This document shows, in pieces, positions 52,742 through 64,000 of a DNA stretch of 64,000 nt (position 1 is its first letter; the number at the start of each line of letters is the position of its first letter). A model generated the notes under the pieces. That model was not told the origin of the DNA and ran no database searches. It was given only the letters and a program-made list of their open reading frames with translations. Position numbers and translations under genes: made by a program. The stretch lies in assembly GCF_006345805.1 (NCBI RefSeq), contig NC_043002.1, positions 41,726,001-41,790,000 of the forward strand, written 5' to 3'. The DNA comes from Octopus sinensis. Its lineage: Eukaryota.

Positions 52742-53158
52742 TCTTATTTCTTTATTGCCTTCAAGGGGTTAAACATAGAGGGAACAAACAAGGACAGACA
52801 AAGGGATTAAGTCGATTAACTCGACCCCAGTGCGTAACTAGTACTTAATTTATCGACCCTGAAAGGATGAAAGGCAAAGTCAACCTCGGCAGAATTTGAA
52901 CTCAGAATGTAAAGACAGATGAAATACCTATTTCTTTACTACCCTCAAGGGGCTAAACACAGAGGGGACAAACAAGTACAGACAAAGGGATTAAGTCGAT
53001 TAAATCGACCTAGTGCATAACTGGTACTTAATTTATTGACCCCAAAAGGATGAAAGGTAAAGTCAACCTCGGCGGAATTTGAACTTAGAACGTAATAGCA
53101 GACGAAATACTGCTAAGTATTTTGCCTGGTGTGCTAACATTTCTGCCAGCTCGCTGCC
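52742..53158 (-). mobile_element. Dimeric Meta-domain-like SINE, same architecture as 48504-48907
   Basis: Junction GATGAAATACCTATTTCTTTACTACC is the reverse complement of the 48710-48735 junction. Confidence 0.85.
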
Positions 53159-56100
53159 GTTTACTATTTATTTTTCTGCCCTCTTGTATCCTGTGTGCAT
53201 GTGTGAAGGCAATGTAGCTTAGTGTAGGATATTTGGTTTGCGATCATAAGGTCATGAGTTCAAAAATCAACAGCATGCTGTACCCTTGAGCAAGGCACTT
53301 TATTTCACGTTGCTCCAGTCCACTCAGCTGGCAAAAATCAGTAGTACTTGTAATTCAAAGGGCCAGCCTTGTCACATTCTGTGTCACATTGAATCTCCCT
53401 GAGGACTACATTAAGGGCACATGTGTCTGTGGAGTGCTCAGCCACTTGCACAATAAATTCATGAACAAGTTGTTCTGTTGATTGAATCAACTGGAACCCT
53501 CAACATTGTAACTGACAGAGTGTGCATATACTTTTGGCTAGCATTACTGTCTTTGTTTGATTTATTTCTGCTTTCTGTGTCTTCTTTCATCCTTTTCTGA
53601 TCAGTTGTAGTGCACTTGAGTGCTGTGTACAATATATACAATAAGCTCATTATTTATTTTTCTTTTTTAAGTTAAAAGAAATTCAACCCTCTAGTTAATC
53701 CTTCTTTATGATTAGAGTTACAATTCACTATTTAACTTTAAAGTGACATTGAAATCCTCTTTTGATTTACTTTCTAATCTGAATTTGACAAGCATCCTGT
53801 GAAATAATGTTTTACTGAAAAATTTGGTTAATTTTCATAAATCCTCAGATGTGGAAGAATTTATTTAAAATCTTTTTTTTTTTAGAAAAGAAAATGCAGT
53901 TATTTTCAAGAGGAATTTTTTCTGTTGTTTTTATATCTACAACCTCAACATATTTTTACACTCAACTAGTTCAAAATACTGAGAGAACCTCTGAGTAACC
54001 ATTAGATTTGCAACAAATAATAGCTAAATTTCATCATCATCATCATCATCATCAGCACATCCACTTTTCCATATGTTCATTGGTGGGATAGTAAAGTTAA
54101 AGTTACCTTCTTGAGTCATACGGACTCATAAGGACCAGTTTGCCAGTTTCATGGCATATAAATTCCTCACCTGGATGGGACGCCGGCCTATTGCAGGATT
54201 ATTCATTTTTGTCAGCTGAGTGGACTGGAGCAATGTGAAATGAAGTGTTTTGCTCAAGAATACAACACATTGCCCAGTCCAGGGATTGAAACCACAGTCT
54301 TACAATCATGAGTCCAAATCCTAACCACTAAGCCATGAACCTCCACATCAGTTGAATGGAATTCAGTGAAGTGAATTTTCTAGAGCTGAATGCCCTTCTT
54401 TCCAAGTAATGTAATATTTCCAATGACTAGACATGTTTTTCCCAAATATTGGAAATGAGGTACATCGCTTGCATGACAGTGGCACTTGCTTACAGTTATC
54501 ACATGATATCAGAGCAAAATGACAGTAACACGCGCATATGATAGGCTTCTTTCAGTTTCCATGTACCAAATGGTCAGCCTTGGGTTATAAACAGAAGACA
54601 CTTGCCCAAGTTGCCATACAGTGGCACTGAACCCAAAACCATGTGGCTAGGAAACAAACTTCTCACCAAACAGTCATATTTGCACCTGCATTGTATCTGG
54701 AAATTAGAAATAACTGAATAAGATCATGGTTAAAAACACCAGTTCATAGGCCTGCATGCTCAGGCCTGACCTGTGGCTAAACAACAACAACAGCACCCAT
54801 TAGTAGTATTTCTAGTATTTATCTCCATCTAAATCTTCAATTTGTCTAATACGATTCAGTTGAGAAAATCTGTTAAATTTTATTGCGCATTTCATTTGTA
54901 TGCCACCCCTCTCCCCACACACACTTCACTCTCTACCCCTCCCCACTCTCCAATTACACATTTTATTTATATATTGCTTATCTAAGGTAACTACAAACAC
55001 TCCAATCTCTTCTTTACATGATTTTCATCTTTGATGAAAAGATATTTTTAATTATTAATTTTATTGATCCAACAGCTTGAAGTTCCTTCCTGATGTGGGC
55101 TGTTTCACATCTGCATTACACGTGTATTCGTATGCATTCACACAACATACTTGCATGCATGCACTCACATGCACAAACACGCACGCATGCACTCATGCAC
55201 ACACAAAGCTTGCTATTAAGATCCAAGATTCAAAAGTGAAGATTACACCTTCCAGTACACCAACCCCATGCTAAAACTGTTTATTAAAAGCCTTTTACAT
55301 TTTAAATTCAGATCTTGGTCTGAAATCTCATTATTACATGTAAGATAATATTTGACTTCACCAAGTAAACATTTGGTTTTTATTAAGTTGGAAGTTAGAA
55401 GTTTTAATTATTTAGAAAATTAAAACATTAAGGTTGTATATTCTTGTTAGAAATAGGGTCACAAAAGGGTTAAAGAGATTTTATTCTTGTTATTTTCTGC
55501 TATCTTTTTCTTTTCTTTTTTTTTGTCTGTTTCCTTCTTCTTTACTCTTCCGACTAACCAACTTAGCTATTTTATCCACTTCTATTCAATGCTGAAGGTT
55601 AAGTGTATTGTAAAAGTCTTAATCGGAGAATCTTATTTCACAAATGATTGCCTTCTAAATGATTACTTTTATCCTCCTAGACCACCCACTTTCAAATATG
55701 TTCTTAGATATTATCACCACCACCTCCACCATTGTCACCACCACCATCATCACTACCACCACCTCCATCTCATCTCTTTATTGGTTGCTATTTTGGCACT
55801 TGTGGCATTTACACTCACTCTCTCTTCCCCTTCTTTTACAATATTTAAATTTTGTAAACGACAATTCATATTTTTTTGAAAATTTTTTTTCCTATTTATT
55901 TAACCTTAACCCTTCTTGCTGCTTCATAAAATCTTCACACCTGTCTCCTCATTTTTATTCTTTTTTATTATTTTTTTAATATTTCTATTTATACATTTAA
56001 TCTTTTTTTTCCTGTTTTTATATATTTATCAATTTATGATTTTTAAAAAAAATTTTATTTCGTTTTAGTGAATTTTCACTTAAGCAACAGGATGAACTTC

Positions 56101-56977
56101 TTAATAGCACCACAGTCATTGCTAGTTTTCTGGGTAGAAGCCCTAATGTCAGATTTTTTTTTTTTTTACTCACCAGGGGTAGTTCTCCTGTAGAGCAATT
56201 TTTCAGTTTTCAGAAATCCTACTGACTTCTAACATCACCCTGTTCCCCTCCTCCTCCAACTATCATGCCTCCCAACTTCCATTACCACCACACCACCTAC
56301 CATCCACTACTTTATTGTCAATATGTTTCCACAAAATCATCATCATCATCATCATCATTATTGTTGTTGTTATTATTATTATTATTATGGTTTAGTTTTT
56401 ATGGGTATTGAATTAATCATTAATTTGCTCCCTACCAAAACCTAAACCGATGCCTCTGCCACTTTTATTATGCTTGTTTGCTCTTTCACACATTCTAATG
56501 CATTAAAAGAAGAAAAATAACAAAAGCAAGCAAACAAACAAGCAAAAAAAACCCCACCAAAGAAAATGCAATCTAATGGTTTGTTCCATAGGTGGTACTA
56601 CATTCCAAGAGTTTTAAATTTGTAACACATGTTGTTAGGTTGGCAGGATGGTAGAAAAATAACATGTGTTGTGTTGTTTATACTTTTAACCTTCCATTCT
56701 CAGGTTCTGAGTTCAAATCTCACCTCAGTCAGCCTTGACTTCAAATTTTCGTTCCTTTGTAGAAGGATGAGAATGAATTGATACCTGTGATATATTGAGT
56801 TGAATTTGCACACATGGACACATGGACACTCACAAAATAGGTGCAGGTGTTGCTGTGTGGTCAAGAGGTTTATTTGCATGGCAACTTGGGCAAGTGTCTC
56901 CTACAATAGCCCTGGGTCAACCAAAACTTTGCGAGCAGATTTGGTAAATGGAAACTGAAAGAAGCCCATCATATCTA

Positions 56978-57018
<41 letters not shown>

Positions 57019-57431
57019 CATACATATGTATATATATACATATCTGTATGCGGATGTGTGTCTATTTGTGTGCCTTGAAAAGGAAGATCATTCATTTCTA
57101 ATATTCTGGTAAAACATGTCTGACCATGGGGAAATATTACCTTGCTTGGAAATAGGTAAGGCTAGGGGACAGGAAAAGCATCCAGTCAAAGAAAATCTAT
57201 CTCAATAAACTCTGTCCAACCCATGCAGGTGTGAAAAAGGAGAAAAACAATGAGGTTAATGATGAAGATTCAATGACCGTACCTTTACCTGGCTGAGAAT
57301 CATCCTCAGACGTGCTACTTTTTCAGTCTGGTGCTAATCAGCATTTGGTGTTAATCTACTTCAGACTACCTCTGGTTCTTTAATACATAGCTGTTTTAAC
57401 CCTTTAGCATTCAGATTACTCTGTCAAATGT

Positions 57432-57718
57432 CGGGATTGGGACCCCCTTCAGTCACGACACTGACCATGGGATTGCACCTAGAAAGTTACCCTCCTAGTC
57501 ACAAGTCTGGGCAAGGTGGGTTATGGAAGACCAGCAGTCGCCTATGCATACCGACCTCCCCTCTCCACGCCACCAGTGTTATCCAAGGGAAAGGCAGCAG
57601 CCGATACAGCTTGGCACCCGTGACGTCGCAACTCATTTCTAGAGCTGAGTTAACTGGAGCAACGTGAAATAAAGTGTCTTGCTCAAGAACACAACACGCA
57701 GCTTGGTCCGGGATTCGA
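57432..57718 (-). mobile_element. 5'-truncated third-family SINE with 14-bp TSD
   Basis: ACTCTGTCAAATGT at 57418-57431 and 57719-57732. Confidence 0.9.
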
Positions 57719-57815
57719 ACTCTGTCAAATGTAATGCTTATTTATTCACCTTGTTTTGAATTAATCATGCATCATTTCATGGCCCTGTGATTTCATATGA
57801 TTTGATTGTTTACAT

Positions 57816-58039
57816 CAGTGGTTCTCAACCATTTTTTGCCTATGGACTCCTTTGATCCTATTTTACTCCATAGGCATTCAATGTAAATAAAAAATATTCC
57901 TACTGTATTTTTATAATTAAATATTGTTAGAAATTGTATAAAAAGTAAAATATTTTGTGTATTGTTAGAAGTGTAAGCAATTTATTGCAGATAAATTTTA
58001 AAAACAAAATCTTATATGGACCCTGGTTGAAAACTACTG
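57816..58039. mobile_element. hAT (Charlie-like) MITE with 8-bp TSD
   Basis: TIRs CAGTGGTTCTCAACC / GGTTGAAAACTACTG; flanks GTTTACAT and GTTTATAT. Confidence 0.85.
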
Positions 58040-59063
58040 GTTTATATTTAGAATGATATTATAGGGGTAGGTATGATAAGCTGGATCTGGGCAGGACTGA
58101 TTTAAATGATGAAGGGCTAAAATGCTCAGTATTTAAAATCAAGTCCATCCACCATGATTCTACACAAAAAGTTCCAAACACTAGTTTAATGTACAGATAA
58201 AGGAAAAACTTAGTTGTTCTATTCAGTTCCTCCAAATTCTTGCGTGTTTTCAAAATTAACTGAAATATGCAAGCCATGAACTTTTGTTGAAAATGTAGTA
58301 ACAAAAGGGTTATGGTGATGCAGAGCACAAAGGAAAGAAACTGATAAAAAGTTTAAAATATAAGTAGTCTTGATATCTTATGGTATGGTACTGTTTAGTA
58401 ACTTCACTGATTTGATTGTAATACTATGCTGGCTATTCATGACTTTTAAGACGATACTATTACAATTGGATTCCAAAAGAAATCCTTTCTATAGAAGAAT
58501 ATTGTGGTTAAAGAAGTTGAAGAAAATTGATATGAAAGAGAAGCTGTAGATGCAACAGACTGTTAAAAATAAAATATTGGTACCATGATGAAGCAAAGTG
58601 GATGCTGTGGAAGCAAAAGGACTGTTAATAGAATGAAAATGGTTATAGGAAATAAATATGGCCTAGCTCTTGGAATTTCATACATGTTCTTCATTGTAAA
58701 GAACAATATGGTTTGCTCTCTACACATAGAAAGTAAAGAATATGGTACAAATATGGTGATAATTTAAATAGTTTTCAATTTCTAAAATGTGTTGTCAAGA
58801 GCTTTTTTCTTTCTGTTTTTTTTTTTAAGAGATCTTTAGGGATAAAAATAAGTAATGAATTGCAAAGGAAAGATTCTGTGTAGAATTCGGTAAATTTGCA
58901 GTATATGGTTTATTAAAGATATATTTTAATAGAAGCAAAACTGAACCCAGAAAGATTTAGAATGGGAATTTGTAAAGGCAGCTAAAGGAATCTAATCATA
59001 TCCAGTAAAGAAATTATGGTATAGGTTTGCTTAGCTGACTCACTAGTTATTATGCTTTACTAT

Positions 59064-59095
<32 letters not shown>

Positions 59096-61369
59096 CATAT
59101 ATACATATATGTATATATAAGCTCCTCACACACACAGGGTAAACATATCCATTTGTACAGTTATACGTTTTGTTTATCTCATAATAGACATACACTTGTG
59201 CGATTTATTGCTCAGAACCTTTACTGCATGTTAATGATAGGGCTTGTTATAATTATGTAGCCACTCCCTTTTTTTTTTCTCTCCTTACATTGAGCTCTTA
59301 TCGAGCATTGGTGAACATATTTAATAGGTTTCTTCAGAGTTTGCAATATACTTATTCATTTGTAAACAGTTTCGCAACTAATCACTGTTCTGCATCATAA
59401 GATGTTTGGATGGTTGCAACACTCATCACTTACATTTTGTTTAGCTTTTTCTATTCACTATATTTACAATATAAGTAACAACAACAATACAAACTAGTAT
59501 TATGGCTTTTCTGACATTTATTCAACCAACTTGTATATATATCATTTTTCTTTTCTCATTGTATCTTTTAGTATTCCTTTCTGCTTTTGATACATGTCAT
59601 TAATCTTCTGTGTGTGTGTGTGCATGCGCATGTGTGTATGTGTGTGTGTTGTGGAGATGGAGAGACGAAAAATGTATTCTCTGTGTCTGATAATATGAAC
59701 TGACCATTCCTATTCTTCCAAATTTATATCTTTGGGGAAAATATCTAGAATAAAACAAGCAAAAATAAAAATAAAAGAAAGTAAGAAGCTGTTATATAGC
59801 TTTTGTATTGATGAGCAGTGTATTTATACAATAAAATCATTCGTGTGTGTGTGTGCATGTGGGCCAAGCAAATATACTATTTTAGAATTTTGAGTTAGGT
59901 TCTTGACTTAGATTTTATTTATTTATTTTGGTCATAATTATGCAATTTTCGCCTAAAACTTTTACTATAAATGTCAGAAAGAGAAGCCACAATGTATGGA
60001 GGACCAATATGGAACTTACCCTGATCCTAACTCATAATCTTAAAAACTTAATCGAAATCTGTAACCATAAACATTGATTGCTAGCTGCAATTGAACAGCT
60101 ATATATGAAACTATATCTTTCATCATGTTCCACTATACAAAAGTAACTTTTCTTGTAGACTCTATCACTATATATATTTTCTTCCTTTTTTTCTTCACTT
60201 CCAAGGAACTTTTCACAATTTTCTATATTCCTTCTTGAGTGAATGTTAATACGAAAACCATAATTATTGTTAATATTAAAATGAAGTGCATGAGCAGTTA
60301 TTATTTATATGAAAGGGTGCAGCAAGCATGGCTGTGTGGTTAACAAGCTTCCTTCTTAAACATGTGGTTTCAAGTTCAGTCCCACTACAAGGCACTTTCG
60401 AGTGAGCACCTTCTGCTTTGACCAATCAAACCCATGTGAGTGGATTTTGTAGATGGAAACCAAAAGAAGTCTGTTGTGTATATACATGTATGTGTGTGTG
60501 TGTTCGTCAGTATCCTTGTTTTCACATCATGTGTTGGCTCTATGTGCATGTGTGCATACATACATATCATCATTTAACATTCATTTTCCATGCTGGCATG
60601 GTTTGGATGGTTTGATTGAAAACTGGTAAGCTGGGGAGCTGCACTAGGTTCCTATCTCATTTGGCACGATTTCTACAGATGGATGCGCTTCTTAATGCCA
60701 ACCACTCCAAGAGTGTAGTGGGTGCATTTTACATGCCACTGGCATGGAACATTAACCATAACTATGATCTCACTTGGTTTGACACACACATGTATATATA
60801 TATATACACATATGAATTAGTGGACAAATAAAAGTGGCTCTCTACACATTTGGTAGGAATTACATATACTATTTAGCAACTGTTTGACTCAGATCTATGC
60901 AACCATATGATTTTCTGTTCTTAAAATAACACGATATGGTTTGATGATGATTTCGTTGCTATTTCTAGCAGAATAAATGACTCGAGAGGTTTGCTCGTGG
61001 GTTCGATTTAGCTCAGGTGTTTATTATCACATGTTTGAATTCAGAAGTTTGTTGCATCTTTTCTTTGCAATATTAACGGAAGAAAGTATCTGTCTTGCCC
61101 AAAGACACAGAAAGCAGATTTAATGAAACCTATATTTATGAACTGTTAGTTGTTAGGTAGCTTGAAATAATAGAACTGTCATCTCTACCTAACTATGAAT
61201 ATATCTTCAGGATATGAACAAGATAGCTGTGTTTGTATTTAAGAAAGTCAAACTTATATTCAAAGTAACCTTCAAGCTAGTGTGTGTGTGTATGTATGTG
61301 CATGCGCTTATATATACTTTTGTATGTATGTATGTATGTGAATGCACGTGGACACATGTATATAATATA

Positions 61370-61400
<31 letters not shown>

Positions 61401-61704
61401 TACACACACGTATAATCTGTGTATACATCTGGTCATATATATCTGTGTGTGTGGGTGTATGTATATGTGTGTGTGCGATATATATATATATACATATACA
61501 TAAGCACAGGTGCACATGTGTGCGTATGCATGAAAGTCTGTGAAAGAGAAAGTGTGTATTTGTTTAGTGCCTATTTTTCTGTGGTAGAACAGATGGGGTG
61601 GGGTTATGTTTAAAGCAGGATTTTACAGCTAGATGCTCTTCCAGTCACCAACTGTAATATCAGTTGGTGATGGAAGGACAGACACAAAGACACACACATA
61701 TAAT

Positions 61705-61986
61705 ATAATTCACTGTCACTAAGAGTGACAAGAGTGCAGTGAGCACCAGCATTGCTAGAAATAGTAGTTGTGGACTCCTTAGCCACAAAAGCACATGCTC
61801 TCTTTCTATTGACAGAGGGAAAAACCCTTCCTGCTGTGAGCAAGATGTATTAGGTTAGCATGTTAATTTCATATAGGAAATTTCAAAAGAGACAATGTGC
61901 TTTTGTGACTAAGGAGTTTACGACTCTTATTTCTAGCATTGCTGGTGCTTACTGCACCCTTGTCACTCTTAGTGACGGTGAATTAT
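61705..61986. mobile_element. Foldback element with about 100-bp inverted arms
   Basis: ATAATTCACTGTCACTAAGAGTGACAAG..CACAAAAGCACAT vs ATGTGCTTTTGTG..CTTGTCACTCTTAGTGACGGTGAATTAT. Confidence 0.9.
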
Positions 61987-62390
61987 TTCCTTGTTGGTTT
62001 TAAATTGCTGCTAGCCACCTTGATCATTTTGTGTGTGTATAGATGAGAGGCGTCTTTAAGTTTCCATCTACCAAATCCACTCAGAAGGCTTATATATATT
62101 CCCATGTCCTACTAATTTTTAAGTTTCTTTATATATTGTCCCAAAACATAAAAGTGCTCAACCTACACCTGTGTGGACGTATATAGAACCTAGAGATGCA
62201 TTTTCGTGTAATCAAATAGATATGTAATGCAAAACCCAGGCTTGATAGTAATGATGAACCCTTGTCCATGCAAGGTAAAATGTGCGAAACCTAGGTATGG
62301 AACCATGCATAATGAATGATATATTGATTAAACTGACAGAAAGTTGTAAATTAATTGCTATTTAAATTATATATTAAAAGCTCATGTGCT

Positions 62391-62573
62391 TCCATGTGTA
62401 AACATTACACTATGGAAAACTTTGTCTTCGTGTGTAAATATTACCAGATAACTTTCTTTCCATGTGTAAACACTGCAATATAACTTTATTTGCTTGTGTA
62501 AACATTACCAGATGACAGCTTTGATTATATTTCAACATAGGTTTCTAAAAAGTAAATAATTCTGTTTGTTTAC
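62391..62573. promoter_or_regulatory. Degenerate 32-36 bp tandem repeat carrying forkhead-type motifs
   Basis: GTAAA(C/T)A at 62398, 62434, 62466, 62498, 62552 and TGTTTAC at 62567. Confidence 0.4.
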
Positions 62574-62917
62574 ATTGGAAGCAACAACATTTGTCCAAAA
62601 TTTATTGGCTACCACCAATAATTTTGTGGTTGGCGGCGGCGGTGACAGAGGTGGTGGTAGTGTTGGGGATTGTGAATGAATACCATTGGCCAAATGGAGA
62701 AGGCGAATTGATATGGAAGATAAAGAAGGAGACATGTCTAGAAAAGTTTGTCTGTGTATGTGTCTTTTCTCTTGAAACTTTTAAAGAGAAAGTGTTTGGG
62801 AAATGTGTCTTGAAGAAGCCGATACCGAGCTGAAGGAGATGAAAAGAAGAGAAAGAATCATATCAGACTTTGTAACAACAAACACCATGATATTCTGTGG
62901 CACTCATATACATGTGC

Positions 62918-62965
<48 letters not shown>

Positions 62966-64000
62966 TATATATACACACACACACAGATATATATATATAC
63001 ACACACACACATATATATATGTACACACACACACACGCACACACACACACATACATACATACACAAATATACACATTGCACACATGCACGCATATTTAGA
63101 AACAGCTCTATTGGGTGTTAATAAATGAAAGCTGGCAGTTTGAATTATTCCGTAATCAATATTTTCAGTATGAAGGGGGAGACGATGGTGTTGAATCTAA
63201 CATGTGCATCATTTAAACACGACTACCATTTCTAATCTTCTGTTCTGGTCAAAATTTTCATATTTTAATTGAAACCTCTTCAAATTATATATATTTTTTT
63301 TTAATTCTAAAGTATCACTTTTTATTATTGTTGTTATTATTGTTGCTCTTGTACATGTTTTTTTTTGTTTTTGGAATTTTTTCTTTTTCTTCTTTTTTTT
63401 TTAATTATCTGAAAGTCTTTCAATGTGTGTTTGCGTGTATGTGTGTCTTGAGTCTTGTTACATGTTATTCTATTCTCTCAAGTATGATAACCATGAAGAG
63501 AAATTCAGCATTATTAATGATATCGTTGTTGGTCATTGTTATTTCTAACAAACCTCCTACTCATCATCATCATCATCTATCGTCATCATCATAATTGTTA
63601 TTGTTATTATCATCATCATCATCATCATCTTCTTTGTTATTGTTTGAATTTTTTTTTCATAGCTTCTAAATAGCAGCTGTTTGGTTTGGAGAAGTCAATT
63701 TTCATGACTTGATGAAATTATTTCTAGAACCCTATCTTTTTTTTCATTTTTCATAATAACAACAATCCTAACCTGTATTCTCCATTGAAAGTAGCAATTC
63801 CCTTGTGGTGGTGCTGGTAATGTGGGCTGGGAATCATCGAAGAAAGAAAGTATAAGGGTCGATTAAATCAACTGTACAACCCAACTCCCAAATTTATTAC
63901 ATCTTGTACCTCTTTTAAGAATTATTTCTGTCTTGCCACTATTGTTCTCTCATTGCCATACTGGCATTCTTTTCCAATGACTTTTGTGATGTGATATTCT

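Larger units (their letters stand above)
57396..58132. mobile_element. piggyBac-like MITE (family 1) hosting two insertions
   Basis: TTAACCCTTTAGCATTCAG start; body resumes after each insert; ends ..AAATGATGAAGGGCTAA. Confidence 0.8.

Noticed and set aside
56174-56187. 14-nt minus-strand microexon candidate (CAG|..|GTGAGT)
   Set aside because: Weak pyrimidine tract; such short matches are expected by chance
58310-59030. Recurrent (A)TATGGT motif, about 10 times; possible NUMT or UTR element
   Set aside because: No period, no mitochondrial gene similarity recognised, no ORF support
247-63594. Most ORFs in the supplied track ([23 protein letters not shown] and SINE-derived peptides)
   Set aside because: Translations of microsatellites, minisatellites, SINEs or the antisense strand of the LINE

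Overview
Eukaryotic, AT-rich, repeat-saturated DNA. The SINE and MITE families and the (TA)n/(GT)n/(ATC)n load look like an Octopus (coleoid cephalopod) genome; this is recognition from memory, not a database search. No host protein-coding gene could be identified, so the window is probably intronic or intergenic, with only weak exon candidates. Almost all ORFs in the supplied track are microsatellite or repeat artefacts. The one real coding unit is a near-full-length RTE-clade LINE on the minus strand (32466-36204; AP endonuclease plus reverse transcriptase). It has about nine frameshifts (mostly 1-nt losses in short homopolymers) but no visible nonsense codon, a C4HC3 PHD-like finger inside the RT, and a splice acceptor where a start codon would be expected. 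A 1.3-kb modular tandem block with ETS, G4/GC-box and YY1-like motifs lies directly upstream of it. Other notable items: a minimal hammerhead-ribozyme-like motif (11548-11592) plus two degenerate ones from a second family, a 5S rRNA pseudogene, a dimeric SINE at two loci, nested insertions with clean target-site duplications, long foldback elements and a forkhead-motif cluster.
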